Positions 1 through 9,074 of a stretch of DNA of 51,560 nucleotides are shown one piece after another. A program made the translations under genes and the position numbers. Position 1 is the first letter of the stretch; every line of letters begins with the position of its first letter. A model generated the notes under the pieces. It was not told where the DNA came from, ran no database searches, and was given only the letters and a program-made list of their open reading frames with translations. Source of the stretch: Patescibacteria group bacterium (GTDB lineage Bacteria; Patescibacteriota; Patescibacteriia; Buchananbacterales; UBA6539); NCBI GenBank assembly GCA_028688055.1, contig JAQTYZ010000004.1, forward strand, positions 99,021-150,580, in the 5' to 3' direction.

Positions 1-1
1 T

Positions 2-160
2 TTTACTATTCTCGGCTCATCCGAAACGGATCCAAGTCAGGGGATCATTTCTCATAACTCGCCAATGGGTTCGGCTTTAATCGGCCACCGTGTCGGCGAC
101 AAAATTTCCTTCCAATCAAACGAAAAAATAATTACATGCAAAATAATTAAAATTTCTTAG
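2..160 (+). CDS. greA: Transcription elongation factor GreA, C-terminal fragment (gene starts before the window)
   Basis: Frame 2 translates as FTILGSSETDPSQGIISHNSPMGSALIGHRVGDKISF...KIIKIS*, matching the GreA/GreB C-terminal IS..SP.G.AL.G...G motif; not in the ORF track. Confidence 0.9.
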   Translation, partial: FTILGSSETDPSQGIISHNSPMGSALIGHRVGDKISFQSNEKIITCKIIKIS

Positions 161-192
161 CCCATTTTTTCGTTTTTTAATTTAAAAAACTA

Positions 193-221
193 TTGACTTA
201 CATCTAAAAAAAATGTAAGCT
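193..221 (+). promoter_or_regulatory. Sigma70-type promoter with a palindrome between -35 and -10
   Basis: TTGACT(193-198)-N17-TAAGCT(216-221); inverted repeat CTTACAT(197-203)/ATGTAAG(213-219). Confidence 0.55.
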
Positions 222-262
222 TTTTTTAATTTCAACGCCATTGGCAAGGAGGGAAGTAAGCC

Positions 263-541
263 ATGACTGCCTTGAATCGTACGTTTTCACTTTATGGCCA
301 GCGGCGGCATCGCCCTCGTCGAGACTGCCAACCACCTCACCATACCCCAGGCCTTTCCTTTGGTCAGGGCTATGCCGAAAAGGCACCTCGGTGTCCCAAC
401 TGCGGCTACGTCGAAAAACTTTTCGGAGCAACTGAGGTCCGCGCACATTGTCGCGTTAATCGCGGAACCTACGAAGTGTCGCCGCACGTTTGCGACGGTC
501 CGGAGGAAACTTATCGTCCCAGCGGCTATCGTCGCTTCTAA
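263..541 (+). CDS. Small hypothetical protein, possible zinc ribbon (CPNC plus two further Cys)
   Basis: AAGGAGG SD about 10 nt before ATG, own promoter upstream and terminator downstream; 92 aa. Confidence 0.55.
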   Translation: MTALNRTFSLYGQRRHRPRRDCQPPHHTPGLSFGQGYAEKAPRCPNCGYVEKLFGATEVRAHCRVNRGTYEVSPHVCDGPEETYRPSGYRRF

Positions 542-542
542 G

Positions 543-576
543 CTTTGCCTGTTGTCCCACCGGCAAAGTTTTTTTT
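543..576 (+). terminator. Intrinsic terminator
   Basis: CTTTGCC/GGCAAAG stem followed by T8. Confidence 0.8.
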
Positions 577-593
577 ATTACATAGTGACTGGT

Positions 594-631
594 TTGACAA
601 ATAGTTTTAAATTATATAAGATGCTTATATA
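594..631 (+). promoter_or_regulatory. Promoter of the marR operon with a putative MarR operator
   Basis: TTGACA(594-599)-N17-TAAGAT(617-622); perfect 8-3-8 inverted repeat TATATAAG-atg-CTTATATA (613-631) overlaps the -10. Confidence 0.7.
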
Positions 632-661
632 TTAAGAACCTAACAGAAATTAAAAGTAACC

Positions 662-1090
662 ATGTCGAACCGAAAACGAAAAATTGAAGAAATTTTAGAG
701 AGCTTTCAGGCAATCAAAAATAAAATGCAGTCCAACTCCACACCGCCTGATTATAAAGACTGCGTTACCCACTCGCAACTTTTTGTTTTGGCCATTATTA
801 GGCAACATTGCAATATCGGCATTAAAGAAATATCAAAAAAACTTAATATCTCTTCAAGTGCGGCTACCCAACTAGTCGACGGCTTGGTCGAAAACGGCTA
901 TGCCGTTCGAAAAACTGACTTAAAAGACCGGCGAGCGTTGCAGTTAGAGCTTACAGCTAAAGGATATAAATATATTGTTGACCTTAATAATAATCGGCTC
1001 AAGAATTTAGCAACATTATTTGACGCTTTAAACGATGACGAACTTGTAACTTTTCTAACGCTGCACAAAAAAATACTAGCAAAAAATTAA
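662..1090 (+). CDS. MarR-family transcriptional regulator
   Basis: wHTH pattern IKEISKKLNISSSAATQLVDGLVENGY and wing motif DRR..LELT.KG. Confidence 0.92.
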   Translation: MSNRKRKIEEILESFQAIKNKMQSNSTPPDYKDCVTHSQLFVLAIIRQHCNIGIKEISKKLNISSSAATQLVDGLVENGYAVRKTDLKDRRALQLELTAKGYKYIVDLNNNRLKNLATLFDALNDDELVTFLTLHKKILAKN

Positions 1091-1108
1091 CAGTTTAACG
1101 ATACCACT

Positions 1109-1726
1109 ATGGATTTTACTAAATTAGCTTCCCCGGAAGTTACCATAACAACTAGCACCGTCTTAAATAACAATGGGATCGAAACCATTATGGTTGAAAA
1201 TTCCGCCGCGGCTTTAGCAAAAATTAAGGAGTTAATCCCACCGGGAGCATCAGTAATGAACGGTTCATCCCGAACACTTGAAGAAATTGGATTTATTGAA
1301 TACTTAAAATCCGGCCAGCATGGCTGGAATAACCTCCACGAAGCCATCGTGGCCGAACCCGACCAAGTTAAACAAACAGAACTTCGTCACCAAGCCGAAT
1401 TCTCCGATTACTATTTAGGCAGTGTTCACGCTTTAGCCCAAACCGGCGAATTCATCATTGGCTCAAATACTGGTAGTCAATTACCCCATATTGTTTACAC
1501 TTCTCCCAATCTAATTTTTGTTATCAGTACTAAGAAAATCGTCCCAACGTTTGCTGACGCCATGACGCGCCTTAAGGAGCATGTTATTCCTCTGGAAGAT
1601 GTAAATATAATGAATAAATATGGTATTCACACAATGTTGTCAAAAATTGTCGTATTTTGTAAAGAAAATCCTAAACTGGGAAGAAAGGTTCGGATTATTT
1701 TTGTTAACGAAGACCTAGGTTTTTAA
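1109..1726 (+). CDS. LUD-domain (LutC/YkgG-like) protein
   Basis: GASVMNGSSRTLEEIG, DYYLGSVHAL..TG....S.TG and C-terminal E.LGF resemble stand-alone LUD proteins. Confidence 0.75.
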   Translation: MDFTKLASPEVTITTSTVLNNNGIETIMVENSAAALAKIKELIPPGASVMNGSSRTLEEIGFIEYLKSGQHGWNNLHEAIVAEPDQVKQTELRHQAEFSDYYLGSVHALAQTGEFIIGSNTGSQLPHIVYTSPNLIFVISTKKIVPTFADAMTRLKEHVIPLEDVNIMNKYGIHTMLSKIVVFCKENPKLGRKVRIIFVNEDLGF

Positions 1727-1748
1727 TTAGTTAGCTTCTAACCGCCCT

Positions 1749-2519
1749 ATGGCCAGTCAACCAATTATCTGCTTTGGGCAACAACCCTGTGGGTTTTTCC
1801 CAAAAAGATATTTAATCGCTAAAATTAATAGCGCCCAAGCGTTACAGCAAAAAATCGGCGGCAAAATTATTTTTTTTTATCATGATTCTGACCATGATTA
1901 CCGTGAAACGATAACGGTCATGCGCGACTGTCAAACCGGCGTTATTGATCGACTTAACTTCGAACAGGAAAACAAAATTCAAAAAAAATATTCACCACTT
2001 TACACAAAACGAATTCCCGCTGACTGGCAAGCGGTGACCGCCAGACGATTACCTCGCTTTACTGACAAAAAATTAATTACTATTTTTTCATCAATTAAAG
2101 GGAAGACCGTAGCTGATTTTTGCTTAGAACTTTATCAGCAAGCTGGGCTACTTGATAACATTGAGGTTGTTCGCTCTAGTGACAAGACTGTTCGTCATAA
2201 CGCGATTGACATGGCTGACGATTATTTTGTTGACCTAAATTATGAGAATGAAATTGTTCGAGCTAGATTTAAAGATGGTAAAGTCTTATTACACCGCGGT
2301 GGCGATCAATACATCGAGTTACCGAAACAGGTGATTGAAAAATCACAAATTAACCCAGATCGTAAACAGCGCTTTAGCTGGATGCAATCGGTGGTTCACT
2401 GCACCCATTATATCACCGGCCAAGGCGAAGGAAATTACCTGGAAACGCAAAATTTTCCTGACGTAATTTTTATTAACCGCGAAGAAATCACCGATCCAGA
2501 TTTTGCCTGGGTCGGCTAA
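1749..2519 (+). CDS. Short BshC-like protein (putative cysteine-adding enzyme, 256 aa)
   Basis: FGQQP ~ BshC TGQQ; FFYHDSDHD ~ FW...EDHD; NP...HYITGQGEGNY ~ SPN...YIGGPGE.AY; directly upstream of bshB and bshA. Confidence 0.65.
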   Translation: MASQPIICFGQQPCGFFPKRYLIAKINSAQALQQKIGGKIIFFYHDSDHDYRETITVMRDCQTGVIDRLNFEQENKIQKKYSPLYTKRIPADWQAVTARRLPRFTDKKLITIFSSIKGKTVADFCLELYQQAGLLDNIEVVRSSDKTVRHNAIDMADDYFVDLNYENEIVRARFKDGKVLLHRGGDQYIELPKQVIEKSQINPDRKQRFSWMQSVVHCTHYITGQGEGNYLETQNFPDVIFINREEITDPDFAWVG

Positions 2520-2529
2520 CAATATTGCT

Positions 2530-3228
2530 ATGACCAAAAAAATATTAGCCATCGGTCCTCACCCCGACGACCTTGAATTCTCAATCGGCGGCATTTTAAT
2601 CAAAGAAGTTGCCGCCGGCAACTCAGTGGAAATGTTAGTAATGTCCAAAGGTGAAGCGGCGAGCAATGGTTCGCCCGAGGTTCGCCAACAAGAAGCGGCG
2701 TTGGCCGCCAAAATTATCGGCGCTAAATTAGCGTTTACCGATTTTGGCGGCGATGGCCATTTGATTTACTCAACGGCCAATGTCATTAAGCTAGCCGAGC
2801 TAATTCGACAGCTTCGGCCCAATATTATTATCACTAACGGTGATGAACAAAATCAACATCCGGATCATGTTCAGGCGTCAGCCATCGTCAGAGCCGCCGC
2901 GCGCCTCGCTCGGTATGGCGGCATTAACGAATTAAAAAATATACCCCCCCACCAAATTGACGCTTTATATTTCTACTCAGCAACATTAAATACTACTTTG
3001 CCGCCTGACCTTATTATTGACATCACCAACGAAGTTAAAACTTGGGAAAAAACTATGACCGCCCATGCCAGCCAGCTAAAAACTCGAAAGTATGTTGATT
3101 TAGTAATGGCCCGAGCTAAAATTTTAGGCCTATCAATCAATACTGAATATGCTCAGGGTCTCTACGCCAATGACCCGTTGGTTATTGATTTGCCGTCAAC
3201 CATTAATTCATCAGCTAGAAATTTCTAA
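2530..3228 (+). CDS. bshB1: PIG-L family deacetylase, bacillithiol BshB1-like
   Basis: ILAIGPHPDD and HPDH zinc motifs; H.SQ; adjacent to bshA; start set at MTKKIL (2530). Confidence 0.82.
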   Translation: MTKKILAIGPHPDDLEFSIGGILIKEVAAGNSVEMLVMSKGEAASNGSPEVRQQEAALAAKIIGAKLAFTDFGGDGHLIYSTANVIKLAELIRQLRPNIIITNGDEQNQHPDHVQASAIVRAAARLARYGGINELKNIPPHQIDALYFYSATLNTTLPPDLIIDITNEVKTWEKTMTAHASQLKTRKYVDLVMARAKILGLSINTEYAQGLYANDPLVIDLPSTINSSARNF

Positions 3229-3229
3229 A

Positions 3230-4381
3230 ATGACAATAACCAAAAAACTTAAAATTGGAATTGTTTGTTATCCGACAGTCGGCGGGAGCGGCATCGTGGC
3301 CACTCAACTCGGTATTGCCTTAGCCAAACTTGGACATAAAATTCATTTTATCAGTTATCAACGACCTTTCCGCTTGCCAACCCAATCAAAAAATATTTAC
3401 TTTCATAAAGTACCAATTAACACTTACCAACTTTTCCGCTACCCGGACTACACCTTGCCGCTAGCCGTCACTATGACTGATGTCCATACCAAATATAAAT
3501 TAGACATTATGCACGTTCACTATGCCGTGCCCCATGCCACCGCGGCGTTATTGGCGAAACAAATAATTACCGACCACCAAAAGATTAAACCATTTAAAGT
3601 CATCACCACGCTCCACGGCACCGATATTACTTTAGTTGGCAATGACCAAAGTTTAAAGCCAGTAATTTGTTACTCCATTGGAAAATCAGACGGTATTACG
3701 GCGGTGTCAAAAAATTTGGCCACCGAAACAAAAAAGATTTTCTGTATCAATAATCCCATTGAAGTTATTTATAATTTTTATTCGCCAAAAAAAATAACCA
3801 AGTCACCGCAACTTATCCGTCGTGAACTAGGCCTAAACAAAAATACTTTTGTCATTAGTCACGCCTCCAACTTACGGCCCGTCAAACGAATTCCTGATTT
3901 ACTAAAAATATTTTCACAGGTTGAGAAAAAACATGATGCTAAATTGTTAATTTTGTCCGGTGGTGATTTTTCACCCTACTTGCCTTTAGCTAAAAAGTTA
4001 AAAATTGAGAAAAAAATAATTCTCAAACAAAACGTCGCTGACGTTGAAAATTATCTTAATGCTGCTGACTGCGGATTATATACCTCTGATCATGAAAGCT
4101 TTGGGATGAGTATTTTAGAGACCATGAGCTATGGTAAGCCGGTTTTAGCGACGCGCGCTGGCGGCGTGCCCGAAGTAATTACCAACCGACTTAATGGTTT
4201 GTTATATCAAGTCGGCGATATCAACGGTTTTACCTCTGGTATCGACGAACTAATTAATAATAAAAAATTATGGCAAAATATTTCCAGCGAGGGGAAAATT
4301 AAAGCCGAACATTATTTTTCAGCAGCTAAAATGGTAAAAAAATATTTAGACTACTACTCTAAAATCTTGGCCCAAAATTAA
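3230..4381 (+). CDS. bshA: N-acetyl-alpha-D-glucosaminyl L-malate synthase (GT4)
   Basis: KIGIVCYPTVGGSGIVAT.LG, HVHYAVPHA, TTLHGTDITLVG, H.SNLRPVKR, ESFG; start set at 3230, 1 nt after the bshB stop. Confidence 0.93.
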   Translation: MTITKKLKIGIVCYPTVGGSGIVATQLGIALAKLGHKIHFISYQRPFRLPTQSKNIYFHKVPINTYQLFRYPDYTLPLAVTMTDVHTKYKLDIMHVHYAVPHATAALLAKQIITDHQKIKPFKVITTLHGTDITLVGNDQSLKPVICYSIGKSDGITAVSKNLATETKKIFCINNPIEVIYNFYSPKKITKSPQLIRRELGLNKNTFVISHASNLRPVKRIPDLLKIFSQVEKKHDAKLLILSGGDFSPYLPLAKKLKIEKKIILKQNVADVENYLNAADCGLYTSDHESFGMSILETMSYGKPVLATRAGGVPEVITNRLNGLLYQVGDINGFTSGIDELINNKKLWQNISSEGKIKAEHYFSAAKMVKKYLDYYSKILAQN

Positions 4382-4515
4382 AAAAATAGTTATTACCAAC
4401 CAATCAACGACCGTCATTTAAAAATTTAAAAACATCAGCGTCAGCCTCTCCGGCTTTCAGCGAACTCTTAGCTGAATTAGAAAAATAATTTTCGACCCCT
4501 AAAATTACAGTCGGC

Positions 4516-4544
4516 TTGACAATATTGGGTTTATATGATAGACT
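4516..4544 (+). promoter_or_regulatory. csp promoter (extended -10)
   Basis: TTGACA-N17-TAGACT with TG at -15/-14; implies a 5' UTR of about 80 nt. Confidence 0.7.
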
Positions 4545-4632
4545 TATCTTGGTCAATCTGACCAAATAGTTATTGTGGAAATAAAGTCGAATTTCTACTA
4601 GCTAACTTAATTAACTTTATTTCTACATCATC

Positions 4633-4827
4633 ATGCAAGGAACAATCAAAAAGTTGACCGACAAAAACTTCGGTTTCATTAGCCAAGAAGGTGGAAAGGA
4701 TTTATTCTTTCACGCCAACGAGCTAGTCGGTGTCAGCTTCAGCGACTTAAGAGAAGGTGACGAAGTCACTTTTGAAGTCACTGACACCCCGAAGGGTCAA
4801 GCCGCTACGCAAGTAAAAAAAGCTTAA
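4633..4827 (+). CDS. csp: Cold-shock protein
   Basis: RNP1 FGFI and RNP2 LFFH, KG.QA..V. Confidence 0.95.
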   Translation: MQGTIKKLTDKNFGFISQEGGKDLFFHANELVGVSFSDLREGDEVTFEVTDTPKGQAATQVKKA

Positions 4828-4842
4828 CTTTTCTCAACTAAT

Positions 4843-4871
4843 AAAAAAATCGCCTCATCGGCGATTTTTTT
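4843..4871. terminator. Bidirectional terminator between csp and the DEAD helicase
   Basis: A7-TCGCC-tcatc-GGCGA-T7 between convergent genes. Confidence 0.85.
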
Positions 4872-4881
4872 ATTGTCAATT

Positions 4882-6132
4882 TTACTTATAGCGTTTTTGC
4901 TCACGATGCATTTTACGCCAATCTGTTTTTTTATCACCGCGATACGGTGAACGGCGCTTAAAATTGTTATCGCGACGTCCCGCGCTTCGCTCAATTTGAT
5001 CAGGCTCTGGTTCGGCTAGTTTTGTTAGGGGAATACTTTTTTTAATAATCTGCTCAATTTTTCTCACCGACTTCATTTCATTTGGCGAAACAAAAGTAAT
5101 AGCCATACCCGACTTACCAGCACGAGCTGTTCGGCCAATACGGTGGACGTAGTCTTCTAAATTATCAGGCAAATCAAAATTCAAAACTAACTCAATGCCC
5201 TTAACATCAATGCCACGAGCGGCAATATCAGTGGCGACTAAAATTGTATAACGGCCGTCTTTAAAGCCTTTCAAAGCTTGCGTGCGCTGACCCAAAGTTC
5301 GATCCGAGTGAATTTCCGCCACCGGATAATTATTTGATTTGATTTTGGCGGCTAATTTTTTGACGCCATGTTTAGTTCGAGAAAAAATTAAAATCGGGCC
5401 CTGGTATTTTTCCAAAATTTTTCCTAATTGTGGTAAACGATCTTCGCGTTTGATCACGATCATTTCTTGCGACACATTTTCCGCCGCCGTACCTGATGGC
5501 GCAACCTCAATGGTTACCGGCAAGCGCATATAATTTGTCACCATTTTCATAATGGTCGGCGGCATTGTGGCCGAAAACAACATGGTTTGGCGATCGGTTG
5601 GCACGGAACGTAAAATGTCCGAAATTTGCGGTGCAAACCCCATGTCTAACATTAAATCAGCTTCGTCTAACACTAAAATGGAAACATCTTTTAAACTTAA
5701 TTGTCCGGAAATTAAATGATCAATCAAACGTCCAGGCGTGGCAATGATGATATGTGGTTTTTGGTTTAGCGCCCGGAGCTGAGCGGGCTTCGGTTCACCA
5801 CCAATGATCACCGCTGTTCTTAAACCTAAGTCTTTACCAATAGCCTGTAAACTTTCATTGACCTGCGCCGCTAATTCTCGGGTCGGTAATAGAATTAAAC
5901 CTTTGCCACCTAGCTCACCCAAACGCTGGATCAACGGAATACCAAAAGCTAAGGTTTTGCCCGTTCCCGTCTGAGCAATGCCAACTAAATCCTTGCCCAA
6001 AATGCTCGTCGGAATCGACTTGAGCTGAATTGGAGTTGGTGTGTGATATTTTAGTTTTTCTAAAATCTCCATTAACCTAGGGTTGATGCCCAGGTTACCA
6101 AAGCCTTGCGGCTTAATGTTTTGTTCGGTCAT
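4882..6132 (-). CDS. DEAD-box RNA helicase
   Basis: Q motif, AQTGTGKT, PTRELA, ATPGRL, DEAD, SAT, HRIGRTARAG. Confidence 0.95.
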   Translation of the reverse strand: MTEQNIKPQGFGNLGINPRLMEILEKLKYHTPTPIQLKSIPTSILGKDLVGIAQTGTGKTLAFGIPLIQRLGELGGKGLILLPTRELAAQVNESLQAIGKDLGLRTAVIIGGEPKPAQLRALNQKPHIIIATPGRLIDHLISGQLSLKDVSILVLDEADLMLDMGFAPQISDILRSVPTDRQTMLFSATMPPTIMKMVTNYMRLPVTIEVAPSGTAAENVSQEMIVIKREDRLPQLGKILEKYQGPILIFSRTKHGVKKLAAKIKSNNYPVAEIHSDRTLGQRTQALKGFKDGRYTILVATDIAARGIDVKGIELVLNFDLPDNLEDYVHRIGRTARAGKSGMAITFVSPNEMKSVRKIEQIIKKSIPLTKLAEPEPDQIERSAGRRDNNFKRRSPYRGDKKTDWRKMHREQKRYK

Positions 6133-6270
6133 ATTTTTAGGGTCTCGAGTCTAAAATGTAGCCACTAAAAAATGACAAAAGATAGGATCGAGGAGAGGCA
6201 TTATTAAATTAAGTCTTCCGCCTCATTAAGATATAAAATTTTTCAATAAGCTGTACCTGATTGATTTGAC

Positions 6271-6299
6271 AGCATACCACAAACGACAATTACTGTCAA
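6271..6299 (-). promoter_or_regulatory. Promoter of the DEAD helicase
   Basis: Minus strand TTGACA-N17-TATGCT with TG extension; implies a leader of about 130 nt. Confidence 0.65.
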
Positions 6300-6365
6300 C
6301 TATTAGCCCCATATAGCAACTTTTGTTTATGTGCTATATTTGATAATATTAATTATAGCTAAAAT

Positions 6366-7142
6366 ATGACTGACTACAAAATCTTCGCTTTAAAGCTCGC
6401 CGCTCGCGCTGGTAAAATTATTAAAACTAATTTTAAATTTGGCATGGCCAAAAAGAATAAAGCTGACGGCTCACCAGTGACCCAGACTGACACCAAAATA
6501 AATACCCTAGTTATCAACGAAGTAAAAAAACGTTTTCCGAACCACAGCGTTCTGGGAGAGGAAGAGAGTAACTTACAAACTGACCGCGAATTTGTCTGGC
6601 TCTGTGATCCGGTTGACGGTACCATTCCATTTTCGCATGGCATTCCGATTGCAACGTTTGTTTTGTCTTTGACTCAAAACGGCCAACCGATCTTAGGTTT
6701 AATTTATGATCCCTTTGGTAATAATTTATATTTTGCCGAACCGGGGCAGGGGACGACTCATAACAATAAGTCCGTTAAAGTTTCAACCAATAAATCACTC
6801 GAAAGTGCCTTGATTTTCTGTGAATATTGGCAACAGGCAAAATTTAATACGCTACCGATCATTGAAGCGTTAGAAAAAACTGACTGCCACTGCCCAATTT
6901 ACAAATCAATTGCCTACGGCGCCACGCTAGTCGCTCGTGGCGAAGCTAGTGGTCTTATTTTTCCCGGCGCTCACGCTTGGGAAATGGCCGCTGTAAAAAT
7001 TATTATTGAAGAAGCCGGCGGTCAAGTGACCGATTTTTACGGCCGCAATCAAAGATATGATGGTGAGATAAGCGGCGGTGTTGCTTCGAACGGGTACATC
7101 CACCAAAAACTGATTGCGACTATCAAGCAAGCTATCTTATAA
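6366..7142 (+). CDS. Inositol monophosphatase family protein
   Basis: GEE, DPVDGT, WEMAA...I..EAGG.VTD motifs. Confidence 0.9.
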   Translation: MTDYKIFALKLAARAGKIIKTNFKFGMAKKNKADGSPVTQTDTKINTLVINEVKKRFPNHSVLGEEESNLQTDREFVWLCDPVDGTIPFSHGIPIATFVLSLTQNGQPILGLIYDPFGNNLYFAEPGQGTTHNNKSVKVSTNKSLESALIFCEYWQQAKFNTLPIIEALEKTDCHCPIYKSIAYGATLVARGEASGLIFPGAHAWEMAAVKIIIEEAGGQVTDFYGRNQRYDGEISGGVASNGYIHQKLIATIKQAIL

Positions 7143-7145
7143 AAC

Positions 7146-7180
7146 AAAAAAACAGCCCTAAGACTCAGAGCTGTTTTTTT
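7146..7180. terminator. Bidirectional terminator
   Basis: A7-CAGC ... GCTG-T7 between convergent genes. Confidence 0.75.
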
Positions 7181-7190
7181 GTTGCTATTT

Positions 7191-8483
7191 TTATAATCCC
7201 AGACTAGCATTCAGATTAACATTCACGTTGCCACGATTTCTTTCATTGTCATTGTCCTCACGTTCGTCCTCACGCTCACGACTGTTTATATTTTGGTTGG
7301 TTAGACCGTTTCGACTATCATCGCTTTCGCCCTCATCATCACCGGCCTTGATACCAATATCAACTTTTCCCGTTGACGTGCCTAAATTCAAATTACCATT
7401 AGCCTGATTAAGCAATCGATCAATTTCATTGATCGAATCACTGCTAGTCGCATTATCGTCCAGACGGTCTTCATGCTTTATTTTCAAATCAACCTTGAGC
7501 GATTCCGAGGCGTTAACAATGACTTGAGCTTCTTGAGCCTTTCGAGTCGCTTCCTGGAAGTTGGCAAAAGCCTCACCATAAGCACCGGCACTAAGTTTTA
7601 TTTGGCCGTCGTTAACCAAGGTAATAGCATCATTTAATCTCGCACTTGCTTCCTGATATACGGTGGCACCGATTCGGTCTTTCCGCGACGCAATCAACTT
7701 AGCTACTTCGTCGACTTTATTTTGAGCTGCTTGTTGTTTACCTTCAGCCGCTGCCTGATTATCAACCGCTGAACCATTGGTTGAGTCTTCCTCATTTTTA
7801 CCACGATCCTCGGAAATTGATTTAGCTTTATCTAAAACATCAGCGGCCAGGGCCGAAACCAAATTTGAATCTTGAGTATCACTATCCATCCCGAGCAGCA
7901 CTTCAGCATGGGCTTTCAAAATTGATTCTAATTTTGACTGAACCGCCGCGGCTTTTTCAGCATCGTTATGCTGGGCCAACTTGGCTGACAACTGATTAAA
8001 TTTTGTAAAATGATTTTCGATTGCCTGCCGTAATTGACCCTGAGTATCTGCTTGCAAGCGATTTTCAACAGCTAATTTTTCCGCTTCCTGAAGTCGACGG
8101 CTGGTTAATTCCGCCTCCCAATTGGCCTTGGCGTCGGTTGATAAATTAAAGGCCGAACGAACCTCTTCATTAATATTAATTTTGACTGGATAAAGAATAT
8201 CACCAGGTAAAGCTCCTTCAGCGGCAACTGATGTAACGCCGCTTGTGGCAATAATCAACGCAATAATAATTGAAGCTAACATAGTTTTTTTTATTAATAA
8301 TAAAGACGAAAAACTAAATTGTTCTTGTCGATGTTGTTGACGCACTAAATCTAAAATACTTACCGCCGGATTTTCCTCGATGTGCTGTAACAAATGATTT
8401 CTAATATTGATTCTATCGACAGCCTTAAAATCACTGACTTTAATCATTTTTACCAAGGTTTCAATTTTTTTATTCTGGTCCAT
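7191..8483 (-). CDS. DUF5667-like single-pass membrane protein, candidate anti-sigma factor
   Basis: TM segment followed by ALPGDILYPVK...E; overlaps the stop of the upstream ECF sigma gene; acidic low-complexity tail. Confidence 0.7.
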   Translation of the reverse strand: MDQNKKIETLVKMIKVSDFKAVDRINIRNHLLQHIEENPAVSILDLVRQQHRQEQFSFSSLLLIKKTMLASIIIALIIATSGVTSVAAEGALPGDILYPVKININEEVRSAFNLSTDAKANWEAELTSRRLQEAEKLAVENRLQADTQGQLRQAIENHFTKFNQLSAKLAQHNDAEKAAAVQSKLESILKAHAEVLLGMDSDTQDSNLVSALAADVLDKAKSISEDRGKNEEDSTNGSAVDNQAAAEGKQQAAQNKVDEVAKLIASRKDRIGATVYQEASARLNDAITLVNDGQIKLSAGAYGEAFANFQEATRKAQEAQVIVNASESLKVDLKIKHEDRLDDNATSSDSINEIDRLLNQANGNLNLGTSTGKVDIGIKAGDDEGESDDSRNGLTNQNINSREREDEREDNDNERNRGNVNVNLNASLGL

Positions 8484-8970
8484 GTTCCACTAATTTATTT
8501 AATTTTCTTAAAGCGCGATTAAGCCTGACTGATATGAGCGTTGCCGGTTTACCTAAAATCTCAGCGATTTCTTTTGGTCCATAGCCCTCCAGGTAACGTA
8601 GCGCAATAACTTCCCGAAACTCCTTACTTAGTAAATCAAGTTTTTCGATGGCCAAGGCCGCGTCGGCACATTCAGCCTGATTATCAATCCAACCAACCAC
8701 CGACTCGCCCTGATCAGCAATAAGCTGATCAAGTGACTGTTCCTTTTTTTTACGACTATAATCAATAATTAAATTCCGAGCCACCCGATAAAGCAGTGCC
8801 CTGGTATTTTTGACTTCATTACCCTTCACCATATAATCCCAAGTCTTGGTAAATGTTTCGGAAACCAAATCTTTGGCTAGCTCATGATTATATACTCGAT
8901 ACACGCAAAAACGATAAATGGCGTCGGCGTAATCGTCATAGGCCTTAATTAATTGCTCTTCTTGGCTCAT
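8470..8970 (-). CDS. ECF sigma-70 factor
   Basis: AKDLVSETF...W, LYRVARNLIIDYSRK, region 4 REVIALRY.EG..PKEIAEILG. Confidence 0.92.
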   Translation of the reverse strand: MSQEEQLIKAYDDYADAIYRFCVYRVYNHELAKDLVSETFTKTWDYMVKGNEVKNTRALLYRVARNLIIDYSRKKKEQSLDQLIADQGESVVGWIDNQAECADAALAIEKLDLLSKEFREVIALRYLEGYGPKEIAEILGKPATLISVRLNRALRKLNKLVEHGPE

Positions 8971-8985
8971 TGGTCACTATATAAT

Positions 8986-9011
8986 GACGTTAAAAGTCTC
9001 CTTTACTTACA
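8986..9011 (-). promoter_or_regulatory. Putative ECF-sigma autoregulatory promoter
   Basis: Minus strand TGTAAG-N16-CGTC, ending 15 nt before the sigma ATG; resembles SigX/SigM/SigW-type consensus. Confidence 0.55.
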
Positions 9012-9074
9012 ATTACATTTTAGCCTATTTTGATATAATATTTAATCTTATTAAACTTTGCTATAATTAGCTTA

